A DNA stretch of 64,000 nt from Eledone cirrhosa (lineage: Eukaryota), in assembly GCA_964016885.1 (NCBI GenBank), contig OZ024742.1, forward strand, positions 287,866,001 through 287,930,000. Direction: 5' to 3'. The notes beneath the pieces are model-generated. The model saw only the letters and a list, made by a program, of their open reading frames with translations. It was not told where the DNA came from and did no database searches. A program made the position numbers and the translations under genes. Shown here in pieces: positions 26,285 to 38,490 of this stretch (position 1 is the stretch's first letter; each line of letters begins with the position of its first letter).

Positions 26285-26467
26285 CGGGCACGTGAGACAC
26301 ACAGACGTAGAGTAGTTTATTGTCACTTGATAGGGGAGGGGTGAACATATGCACTAATAAACACACGCCAGTCGCGTTCAGTCTTCCTCACATCTCCTCC
26401 TCCTTCAAGGAATTGATGTTGTAGTCTTGAAGGTAACACGGCGCGCGCACTGCTCGACCACTACGCG

Positions 26468-26770
26468 CAGGGCGCTTTTAACGGGAAGGCAAAAGGGGCA
26501 ATTGCCCCGGGCCCCCTTCTGGGGCACCAGGGGCGGCCGTAGCAATTTATTTGTGCCGTCAGCTGGGCTTTTTAGTTTTAGGATGGTTAGAATTTTTGGA
26601 TTTTATACCTGAATGTATAACTTTTCAATTCCAATTACTTGCGCCAAGCTAACATTGTTATGTATAATTGGGGGGGGGGGGGGGGGTTGCTGTGTGTTCT
26701 AATTATTTGTGTATGAGCGCCCCCAAAACCTGAAATGCCCTGTGTCCTCCAAGGTCTAAATCCAACCCTG
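26468..26770. mobile_element. hAT-like MITE, same family
   Basis: CAGGGCG..TAAATCCAACCCTG; body matches 26080-26284. Confidence 0.8.
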
Positions 26771-26789
26771 AGTTCAACATGTGTATTTT

Positions 26790-28560
26790 CTTGTGTCGAG
26801 GGTTCTTAAGCCGATTCTGTCGTGGGTAACGTTGTACGAGTTGGTCGGCTGAAAAAATGTTGGGCGGGACTCGAGTTGCCGGTTGACGGTAGGTTTCGGT
26901 GATTGAGAAGAGCTAGATAAACGTCACTCTTTTCAAAACTACATTTCTTCATTAAATTTATTGTCTCAGTACCAGATTTACTATTGTGCTTAGATGTGCT
27001 TAAGTACAGGGCCCCGTTGGCTCGGGGGCGGGGGGGTCTTCCTGCCAAAATTTGTTTTTACGATGAACTTTTCAAATGTTTTTCAAATGTCAACCGTTCA
27101 AAGGGGCCTCATAACTTAAGAAGCACAGGGCCTCATTTGTCCTAAATCCGGCACTACTTTGCCTGCTTCTCGACTGCCTCGGCCTTTACAATACATTGAC
27201 TGTGATACGGGCTGCAGGTCCGATGATCAAATTCCCACGTTTGGGCAAACATTTTGAACTCAGTACTAGTGAATTGAGGACCATTATCTGATACTACAAT
27301 TTGGAGGATCCCGTGTTGCGCAAGCTGGGATCGTTATAACTTCTCGCGTGTTTGTTCTGGGAAGGTTATTGACTTCAAAGAAATTGCAGAAGTAGTCGAT
27401 GTTAGCACATACCTTCGGTAGTCTATTGGGTGACCATCTTGGAGTAAGACTGGCTGCTATCACATTGCACGACCAGGTCTTTAGATGCGTCATAATAAAC
27501 AAGCACAGGCAATTCGGTAATTTGGGTTTTGATTCTTTCGAATGTTTTCTCATGTCCGAAAGTTCAGATCCGGGGTACACCACTTTGCATGAGGGCTCTA
27601 AGGGGTTGCATTTCATGAGATAAATTGGGAAGAAACCTACTAAGGTAGTTCACCAGGCCTTGAAACTTTGACAAACTTTTTGCATCCGATGGTCGTTGCA
27701 TCTGTCGAATTGCTAGGACTTTCTCTAGGTCTACATTTAAGCCTTTTTTTTATGTTAGAAAGTGCCCGTGGAACGGCACTTCAGTCTTGTTAAAGTCAAT
27801 TTTTGTTTGTGAAGTTTAATGTTTTAATGAACACACCGCTTAAGGAGATTCTCAAAATTCGTATTATGTTCTAGAGTTCGCCCGTAAATAAGAATGTCAT
27901 CGGCTACACAGATTACGCCTGGGATACCCTCCAACGCTTATACTAAAGGTTTTTGAAATATTTCACCCGAGACCTTGAGGCCAAAGGGTAATCTCAACTA
28001 TCTATACCGAGCGATTGGCGTAGCAAAAGTAATCATATAACTAGGATTTTGGTCCAACTCATGTTGCCAATAGGCAGAGTCAAGGTCTACTTTGGAAAAA
28101 TACTTTGCTCTTGTTGATAACGGAAGCATGTCTTCTACAATTGGCAATGGATAATGCTCACGCTGCAAGGTCTCGTTTAAGTGTTTCGGGTCAATACATA
28201 TTCGTAATGCGCCATTCTTTTTCGTGTTATCAATGATCTGGCTAACCCATCCGATGGGCTCCTCAACTTTCGCGATCACTCCTAGCTCTATTAAACGTTG
28301 TAACTCAACTTGAACTTTAGCGTTACGGGAATTCGGCGGACTGGAAGTACAACAGGCTTCACCTTATCAGTCGTCTTTAACGCTACTTTTCCCGAAAAAC
28401 GCCCCAAACCTTGGCGAAAAGCTTGCATATAGTTTGCAATTAATCTATTAGTCTCGATTTTGCATATAAAATTATCATGATTTATCCCTAAGAGCTTCAT
28501 AGTTTGCGTTGTGGATGCTTCAAGGAGTGCACGAAAATCCTCTTTGCCTATGGCAAAGGG
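26790..28560 (-). pseudogene. Decayed Ty3/Gypsy pol (RT and integrase fragments), interrupted by a hAT MITE at about 26967-27155
   Basis: LRICIDPKHLN..REHYPLP, FSKVDLDSAYWQ, TFATP, CVADDIL (about 27890-27912) and SDNGPQF (about 27270-27290). Confidence 0.9.
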
Positions 28561-28763
28561 TAAAATATAAGTTTCCAGTCACAGCTACCATTATATAACG
28601 GAGGAGGCACTTTTAAACTGGCCCTTCATTCAGGCACATGGACAAAAATATGAAAAGGGAAGTTGTTGCCCTTCTGCTAAATTTCTTTCCTAAAAGTAGA
28701 GAAGAGAAGTGATGCACCTGAGCACTGTACAAAATAATTTTCATTATTATTATTATAAAAGTA

Positions 28764-28988
28764 CTAGCTGACTCTGTGCCGTCAAAAATCACGGCTAATT
28801 GTAATATCTATACATAATATAAAAAAAGAGATGTTTGTTGGTTGGCTTGTTGGTTCCTTCACGCTTACTCACACAAGTGATACAAACACACACACACATC
28901 CTTTCCTTCCTCAATCGACGTAATCACCCTTTCTTCCTCAGTCATCTCTACTGCGTGACGGACAAATACACATATGTTATTAAATAGA
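28764..28988 (-). mobile_element. Non-autonomous mini-Helitron
   Basis: Minus strand starts A|TCTATTTAATAA and ends with hairpin GCCGT..ACGGC followed by CTAG|T. Confidence 0.7.
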
Positions 28989-29237
28989 TATTTGAATCAG
29001 GGGAAGTAATTCTGCGCTGAAAACTTTGTATAGGAACTTATCAATGTTTCGGTCTATTCTGTTCAGTGGAAAATAGATAAAGGGAAATAACTCAAAGTTA
29101 TCAGGTAATTAATCTGTGGTATGTAAACGGACACACGTACACACACTGACACAGATTATGAATAATTAAGATTTAAAATATAACAGACACGGATTTGCTC
29201 GCATACTTGCACACAACTGTAAGGGTAGTTATATATC

Positions 29238-29308
<71 letters not shown>

Positions 29309-29559
29309 TGACACAATGCATGCACATACATTTGAATATATGTATACACACACACACACACATATATATATGCACGTTCGTAAACCTGCATATTCACTTA
29401 AAATTTGTGGCTTTATTGGGGCTTCACCAATTTTAAGATCTGAGATGAAAGAAGTTGTATGTCTGTGTGTTCGTTGTTTTCAGTGTGGTGTTGTAATCTC
29501 GATGTCTCTTCCATCAATTCACCAATCTGTGTATGTGAGCAGTGAACTCATTAAGAGGT

Positions 29560-29880
29560 ACTAGAGGTAGATAGTGTCATGGGGAGTGGGGTTCAGGAGG
29601 TCTGGTGAGATGGTATCTTGTGGTGCAGACTTCCAGTTATATAAAAACTGGGTCTTTTGATGCAAGCATGCCCTGAAGATTTCTGTCTTTGAGTTTAGGG
29701 ACACATTGGGTAGACCCCGAGAAAGATGGTTGGATAATATCCATAAGCTTGGCTGGTCTCACTTGGAGATCCAGCTGGATCAGTTGGAGACGGTTGCTTC
29801 TAACAGGACTCAGTGGAAGGCGTGTTTGAGGACTCTTCCTCTATGACCCCTTCAGGAATAAGTGGGCGAAGAAGAAGAAG
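29560..29880 (+). mobile_element. 3' end of a second RTE family with (GAA)n tail; related copy at about 35800-36060
   Basis: GRPRERWLDNIHKLGWSHL..W..CL; both copies end with TCAGGAATAAGTGGGCGAAGAAGAA. Confidence 0.75.
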
Positions 29881-31019
29881 GAGAAAAAGACCCCAGGGTG
29901 AACTCTTAATTACCAGTCATATGAATCATCATTGAGATGAAACTCTTCAGTTCTGCAAAGCTAATAATTGCTTTAGCAGGGCAGGGAAAATGTTGATCAT
30001 AATACTGGTTGTTGTCAGTTCCATACTTCACTGTTCTTGGTTCAAAATCACACTAGGTTACTCATGAACCATCAATGATCAGCAGAAATAAAAGTTGTTT
30101 AATTTTAGGCTGGCTCTGATTGAGATGATCTAGGATCAAAGCTGTGATTTTCTTTTTTTTACCACATTATTAAACATGTATTTTCTTATGACAGTGGGAT
30201 ATGGTTTGAGATAGAGTTGGCTGCTATAGGAGGTGAAGCAACCACATCCCTTGTTGACTGGAATAATAACAAATAAGATACTTAGGTCGATTTTATTGAT
30301 TACTCTCTTGTTTTCATTGCAAAATTGGTTTTACATCTAGTCAAAATTGGCAGAAATACTATAGCATTGGTACTAAATAAATTATATTATTTATCCTTAC
30401 TCTTTTATGTTTTAAATTTAAATCCCAGAGCTGCTGACCCTGTATTTCATCACTTTGGGGTCAATAGAATTCATATTAATAATATACTGGCATCTATTCA
30501 ATTGACTACTTTCACTATTCTGCCAAAATTGGCCTAGTGCTTACTGAAAAGAAATCAATATTATCTTTTCTCATCACAGTTTTTCAGAGCTATGTTCTGC
30601 ATTGTATATCAATATTGAACAGTAGCTTTTCAGTTCTATATTGATCAGATTGGGTCCACATCCTAATATTACATGAGTTGGGATGAACTAACAAAGAAGC
30701 CTCTACATGGTTGTAGTCAAATTTTCTCTGAAATTACACCTTAATATTTTATTAAATATAATGGAGAGGCACATATATAATAGCCCTGGAAATATGGAAT
30801 AATCATGGCTGGAATACCTATGATCATATATCCACTCGATTAAGACTGGAGGTGAGAGGCCTAGTGGTAAGGGTGTTGGACTTATGATCATAATGTCATG
30901 GATTCAATACCTGGGCTGGATTGAGCAAAACATTTCATTTCACATTGCTCCAATATACTCAGCTGTAAATGAGTACCAGCAATAGCTGGGGGTTTAACCC
31001 TGCATCCATGGGGAAGTCT

Positions 31020-33686
31020 TGTAGTGACCTACATTCCGCGGGCTCACATACATTCTATGTGCGTGATTTGGCTCAGCTCAGCCAATCAGCGCCAGTAGAA
31101 GAGAATGTATCCCTACGCGCCCTGAGGGAAAAATTCCCGCTTGAATTTGAGAAATCACTCTTTCGCAACCTGAACATGGTAATGGTCTCTTGCTGCTTGA
31201 ACTCCGAAGGAACGGCATGAACAATATGTAACGGTGAAATTTGCACTTGGACCTGGCACATTCCTTTTGTAACCTTGTTATGTTTAACTTCAACCATACA
31301 AATTAACATGGCAGTATTGGTAGAGGGTCGGACGCCATGCTTTGACGTATAGAGTTACGGCCCTTGCCATTCTGAGTTCAAATCCCGCCAAGGTTAACTT
31401 TGCCTTTCATCCTTACGGGGTTGATAAAATAAAGTACCAGTAATGCACTGGGTAATTGCTGGCCTTGTGCCTAACGTAGAAACAATTACTTTGTGCTACA
31501 ACAAAATAAACATACATTTCATCTCACGAACATTCTTCTTGTTGACGTTATTATCATGTTACTCCTTTATCGATATGACTAACATATAACATAAACACAT
31601 CTTCTACCAAACTGATTACTCGTGGCGCTACTAACTATAACACAATTATTTGCTAAATTGGTGACCCCGACGTGAGGGATATTGTAAATACAAAATACCT
31701 TTTAAAATTAAAAAAAATTAGAAGTATTTCAAAAGCTTTTCGCCACGAGGAAATTTCAAAATGGCTACCACCAAGTACTTCTCTACTACCAGCCATCAGC
31801 AGCAACTGACGCAGCATAGTGACACCTTTGTAGTTATACCGCCGCAACTACCACCACTGCGAATAGCAGTCACCTACAGCTTTTGGTAACACATTTACCA
31901 CTACGGCGACTACCACAGCTTCGACACGGCTACAATGACAACTTCGGCGACTTCAGCAGCAGCAACAACACATAGTTAACTACTAACCAACAACAAGGAA
32001 TAGCTATGTGGCAGCCTTGTAACTTTACAGATGCAACCACCATACCTTCTGTCTCGTTACCACAGGGACTCGAGAAATCAAGACATCAGTCTTCTCACCA
32101 CTATGGCGTCAGACGTGACTTGCATATTGGTGACTCTGGGCTCTTCAACGCTCGACTTCGATTCTATAGAAAATTCACTGTGACTTTGCTTTGATAACAA
32201 CAACTCTACTAGCTTCCTAGTAAGAGCGATCACAAAAAAATTTTAAGGAAAAGAAAAAGCGAACTTTTTGTTAAAAAAACAATTCTTTCTTTCTTTCTCT
32301 TTTTACAGGCAATGTTCCGACATTTATTCTTTTAGAACTGCATTATATGAAAAACATTTTTTTTTTATCATTGTATATATGACTGCTCCCACACATTATT
32401 TGCTGTATTACATGCCTGCATATGCACACACATTTCTTTGACACACACTAACATGTTGTTCTTAGTATATGTTCTTCAAACGTAATATTCTGCGAGATCC
32501 CTTTTCACCTGGTTGAGGTGCCGACACATGCTAGCGACTTATAGAGCTTAATTCACCTGGACTCAAACAGGCACCGCAACACGAGAACTGCTAATTGCAG
32601 CTGGATTCAAACAGTTCGCATCTCGTTGCACACTCACCGTCCTATAGCATAACAACCTCCATCTTGTTACTTTACCCGACTCACTGGGAAAACAACAAGT
32701 GGAACTGGACCTGTCGGCATTTCCACCACTTCTATGGATTCGCCAGAGTTATGGAATTTATATTTCAACTACTACCCACCTACAGATTCAACTTGCTTTT
32801 TTTGTCTTTTCAAAGCGACCAGCCATTTTTTCCTGGCTGCCTAGCACTTTCGGCAATACATCTGGGAGGCCGACATTTTCTCGCCTACCCATCATCTTCT
32901 TGCCAGCACTGGTAAACTACCATAATAGCTTCATCCACAGCAACAGGTACAACACTTACCATTAACATTTAATGCAAGAACAGCAACTTCGTCCATGTCA
33001 GACTTTATCCGTTTTCTGTTAGACCCCTGGTGGTCACGTATAAATAGCAAAACAGCTAGTCATTTGACACAGAGGCTCAACACGGCCCTTAGCGCCTCAT
33101 TTTTCTTCTTGCATGTATTTTGTTCAATTTTTTCACTGATGTGCTCTTTCAGCATTTTTTCCTGCTGATTCAATAATCTGTATCGTCTTACGACTAAAGG
33201 GGAGTATTGTAGTGACCTACATTCCGCGGGCTCACATACATTCTCTGTGCGTGATTTGGCTCAGCTCAGCCAATCAGCGCCAGTAGAAGAGAATGTATCC
33301 CTACGCGCCCTAACGGAAAAATTCCTGCTTGAATTTGAGAAATCACTCTCTCGCAACCTGAACATGGTAATGTAAAGACCTCTTGGTCTCTTCCTGCTTG
33401 AACTCCGAAGAAACGACACGAACAATATGTAACGGTGAAATTTGCACTTGGGCCTGGCACATTCCTTTTGTAACCTTGTTATGTTTAACTTCAACCATAC
33501 AAATTAACAAACATTACTTTGTGCTACAACAAAATAAACATACATTTCATCTCACGAACATTCTTCTTGTTGACGTTATTATCATGTTACTCGTTTATCG
33601 ATATGACTAACATATAACATAAACACATCTTTCTACCAAACTGATTACTTGTGGCGCTACTAACTATAACACAATTATTTGCTAAA
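31020..33686 (+). mobile_element. Non-autonomous LTR retrotransposon (Gypsy, CsRn1-like), inserted in a SINE
   Basis: Direct LTRs at 31020-31657 (with a SINE nested at about 31308-31484) and 33208-33686. PBS TGGTGACCCCGACGTGA at 31659-31675 is the tRNA-Trp complement. PPT AAAGGGGAG at 33196-33204. The 1.5-kb interior has no pol. Confidence 0.9.
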
Positions 33687-34119
33687 CTCTCAATCGCTTC
33701 CTGCCATGCAGCCTGACAAGCCAGGCTTGAGACAAACTTTAGATCTTAGAGGACTGGGGTGAGGGAGGGCAACAACAACATGTGTTATGGACTAACTGCA
33801 ACAGAAATTGTAGAATACTAGACTAGTAATTTTCTATCTCAAATATCACCACTGTTCTATTAGTGAGTTTTCACATAGACACAAGACAACAAATGTTTCT
33901 GGATGGGTTTAGCTGATGAAATCAAATTCTTGATATTCCTGGTACTTATTTTATCGACACTAATGAAATGAAATACATGATTCACTCTGGTGGGATTTGA
34001 CCTCAGAATGTAGAAGGACAAACTACTGAATATGAAATATGTAGAAAGATTAAATAATGTCCCCTACAAAATACTATTAAGCATATTTAGTTTAGTGGTC
34101 TCTTTGTCCTCATCATTGT

Positions 34120-34570
34120 TTTTACGTCCATTTTTACACACTTGCATGGGTTGGATGGGTCCTTCTCAGCATGGCATCTCTCCACATGTTGCAATCCTTT
34201 GTCATCGCCTCAGTGAGTTTCAGTGATTTGAAGTTAGCTTTCACCACCTCTGCCGAAGTCTTTCTAGGTCTATCTCTACTGCGGCTTACTTCCACTGGCA
34301 TTTCCCAGCATTTCTTCACCCAATGATCATTGTCCATGTGCATCACATTTCCATACCAACGCAGTCTTCTCTCCTGTACACCACCTTGGATTCCTCTTAA
34401 ACCCAACTTCTCCCTCAACTTGTCTAAGCTCTGCTTTTCTCTCAAATTTACATTGCACATCCAATAGAGCATGGTTACTTCATTTTTCTCTAGTTGATGC
34501 ATGTCCTCTGCAGTCACAGCCCATGTTTCACTACTATGCAGCCTCACTTCACAACAGGCGTCATTGTCTG
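34120..34570 (-). mobile_element. RTE LINE 3' fragment
   Basis: SETWAVT..RRLRWYG..RPRKT; homologous to 20110-20530. Confidence 0.9.
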
Positions 34571-36705
34571 GTTGAGAATAGGTACACTGTAACCCTGTCA
34601 ACTGTAAGAGACGACTAAAAGTATTGATGTCTGGAAGGGCATCAGGATGTAAAACATTGCCTTAAAAAGGACCTTACTATGATGAGTATGTTTAACATGG
34701 AGCCTGCTTTAGCAGCGAAAATAGCTTTAAAATGCTTGCTGTTGTGTATATTTAGTTTAATCTATTACAATCACAAAGTGAAGGCACATGACTTTCTGGT
34801 TTTTCAGATTTGTCGAAAACACGAAAAAAATCCTATTGAACGCGAGACAGGTGAAAATTTTAAAATCTAACAGATTTTTAGTCATTCCCTGCTAAATAAA
34901 CCCCTGCAAATATGTAATGAACAAATTATCTGATGAACCTTCCCTCGCATTACTCTGTATATCCAATTGGTAATTTCTCATGACTTTCAATAACGAAACT
35001 AAAGTTCTAATATAAACGATAGTTTATATAATGATATCAAAGGCAGTTTTATATGGCCTATCTACCTATTTATTGTAAAATCACTTAATCTTTAACTCTA
35101 CAAAATACTTCAGCAATGCTGGTAATGCACTAATTTCGTTGCCGTGTGTTCACTTTCATTTTCAACATAGTAATATCGAATGCTAGCCAAAAAAAAAAAA
35201 AAATCTATATTATGTCTTGAATAATTTATCTTTAAATAATTACATACGAAAGAAACAAAACATTCTAAATATAGCCACGTGAAAAATAGAAAAAAAAAAG
35301 GTCAGTGCTTTTTAAAGTTACCTCCCTTTACACAGAAACTGTAAAAACTTAAAGAATATGACTGCGACAAACAATCGGTCATAACTTAAATAAATCCCTT
35401 GAACAAAAGAAGTGATCGTAGTATGACTTAAAAAATTTCGCCAAACAAACTAATCCCAAGATTAATTATTCTGATTGTATTAATATGGCGGGAATGTATA
35501 TATTAAGAATTCTTGTATATGAATGGGTATACTCGTGTCAATGCAGGGACGTCTGAACTGGACAGATCAACAGAATATTTAGCGGTTCTTTATTCAGACG
35601 GTTACTTGCAGATATCATGTGTTGATGATAACGAAGAGAAAAATATAAATAAAAGATAACGGGTAACGACTGAAAGAATACGATCGCGAATACAAACGGT
35701 CGAAATAAGGGGTCCTCTGAAGGGTTTTCGAAGTAACGTTAGTCGATAGAATGCGTAGCTCGGAGATCAGAGAGAGGCACTCTAGGTAGAGCCGAATTGA
35801 GAGATCACAGCTCCGATACTATCAGCACGTGGTTAGAATGTCTCAGGAAAGAATCGCAGGACAGATTTTACGGGCAAAACCAACCGGCAGGACACCCAGG
35901 AGTAGATCCTGAGAAAAATGGTTGGATAACATCCATGAGCTTGGCTAGTCTCGTTTGGGGATCAGTTGGAGACGGTTGCTTACGACAGGACCAGCTGGGA
36001 GGAGTGCTTGAGGACTTTGTCCCCACGACTCTCTCAGGAATAAGTGGGCGAAGAAGAATAAGATAACAGATTAATAAGTATTCCACTTTAGATATAGTCA
36101 CATAATTTTTTGTGAGAGCTAGACTGCAAAAAAAAAAGAAAATTGATTTAATCTCGAATGAATAAATCTAAACCAGACCATGTGATTACTCCACAATTTT
36201 GATATTTAAAAAAATTTTTTTTTTAAAGAAATGATCCGCTTATTAGTTTATCTGTTGAATATTTTAAATAAACGCAACTGTAAATAAGAATTGCGACTAT
36301 TAGTAAGAAAGGCAACATCACCTGTGAACTTTGCCTTTCATCCTTCCGGAGTTGATAGAATAAAGTACCAGTAATGCATTGGATAATTGCTGGCCTTGTG
36401 CCAAAAGTAGAAACAATTATTATATATATATATATAAACATACACTGGATTAAATAAATATGAACACCAATACCTAACTATTACTAATACTAGATGTATC
36501 TATATGCATGTGTGGTCAGGCTTAAAAACGAAACGAAATCAATATTTAGCCAGTATTCATTTTTATAGGAACAATAAAAAACATTATCAGAATCAGTATA
36601 TATATTAATATTCTGGTATGATTTAAAATGCAAATATTAATCAGTAGTAAGAAACTCCCAGGAAAGCTCATATAAATAAATAAATATATAGTCTGCCCCC
36701 ACATG

Positions 36706-36769
<64 letters not shown>

Positions 36770-36854
36770 TAAGAAACTATCAGCTCTCCTGAGATTTTCT
36801 TAGTAATATATATATATATTACTAAGAAACTCAGGAGAGCTGATAGTTTCTTAC

Positions 36855-36912
<58 letters not shown>

Positions 36913-37132
36913 CATGAGAAGAATGAATACTGCGTGGTTGCACATGGGTTACATATGATAAAAATAGTCCTTCATCAGTGATTTTCCAACCTTTATTGAT
37001 ATTTCATCGCTTTAAAAATCATATACCTCCAGTTGGTGCGAGCAGTAGCTAAATAAAGCTATTGGGACAAGTAAATCGCGTAAAGCGAGCGAGACAAGTA
37101 AACAAACATAGAAGGATAGCAACGCAAAGATA

Positions 37133-37175
<43 letters not shown>

Positions 37176-37469
37176 AAAGTTCTATTTAAATTGTTGGGAT
37201 ATAACAAGCAAATATATATATATATATACATGTGTGTGTGTGTGTGTGGGTGGGGGGGGCAGACTTAAAAACGGAACGAAAACCATATCGAGCCAGTATT
37301 CATTTTTATAGGAATATATGAACAATAGAAAGAAAAAAAAGCATTATCAGAATCATATATTTAAATAACATTCTGATATTATTTAAATTAAAATGCAAAT
37401 ATCAAACAGCAGTTATCTATACTGAAAATAAACGGAAATATACAGAAAAACAAATTCTTAATAAAATCC

Positions 37470-37586
37470 GTTGCCAAGCAACAGCTCCATCTTTTTCCAG
37501 TCTCGGGTCACGTGAGACGTAAATTTCTGGAACGCTCTAGAAAGAAACATACTTCGACTGGTTGCTCTGTCGTCTCTCAGGTACGC
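37470..37586 (+). promoter_or_regulatory. Candidate FKBP4 promoter and non-coding first exon
   Basis: X-box GTTGCCAAGCAAC at 37470-37482, E-box CACGTG at 37509-37514, HSE TTC-tg-GAA-cg-CTC-ta-GAA at 37525-37542, donor CAG|GTACGC at 37580/37581; locally CpG-rich. Confidence 0.6.
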
Positions 37587-38400
37587 ATTTATAATTATTG
37601 CTTTTATATTATTATCATACCAATTATTTATTTAATATTACTTATATATAACATATATATTTCATATAAACATATATCTACTGTTCTACTATAGAAATAC
37701 CCAGGAAAGACTTCATTTTTTTAATTAATCAGCGTGTAACCATTAGGTAGAGAAACGTATATTTAAAATATAATCCACCCTAAAACATGAACCAAACGAA
37801 GAGGTTCTTTATACTACGGTCATTGAACCTACTTGAAAGGGCAGCTAAATCTCCCTCTAATCACACTCTACCGATGTATTTAGCATGTAATCAATTCTAC
37901 TGAATCGGGCCTAGACATGAAAGCGTTCCATCCATGACTACCCCTCCATCTTTTGTAAAATCTAGGTCTACGTTGCCCAATGTCGCCTTTTTCTCCCTCT
38001 TCGTTTTTATTTAAGGCGGTATAGAGTAGTTCAGGAGTGATTTCGAAGCTGTCTCTAGCCACTGTAGAGCCCCACTCCATTATTTATCGTTTTCAAAAAG
38101 AAATTAAAGAAATCTTTGAAAAAAAAGAAGCTAACCCAACTAAAATGAAATTCTCTCAGTAAAAAAACCAAACTCCAGACGAATAATTCTACATTGTGTT
38201 TATAATGTAGATCCTGCTATGTTTTTCTTCCGTTTTGATGTTTTATCTTCCTATATAACATTTTATTCACATTCACATGTTATATGCTATTAATTTATGC
38301 TAACCGCGGGAATTAAAAACTGTGTCAGGAAACGAATACAAACACTTGAATAGGATAAGCAGCCTAAAATTTTAGTAATTTATATTGATTTTGATTTAAA

Positions 38401-38490
<90 letters not shown>

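Noticed and set aside
31950-32970. Short ORFs inside the LTR element as cargo genes
   Set aside because: Fragmented across frames and more consistent with decayed gag.
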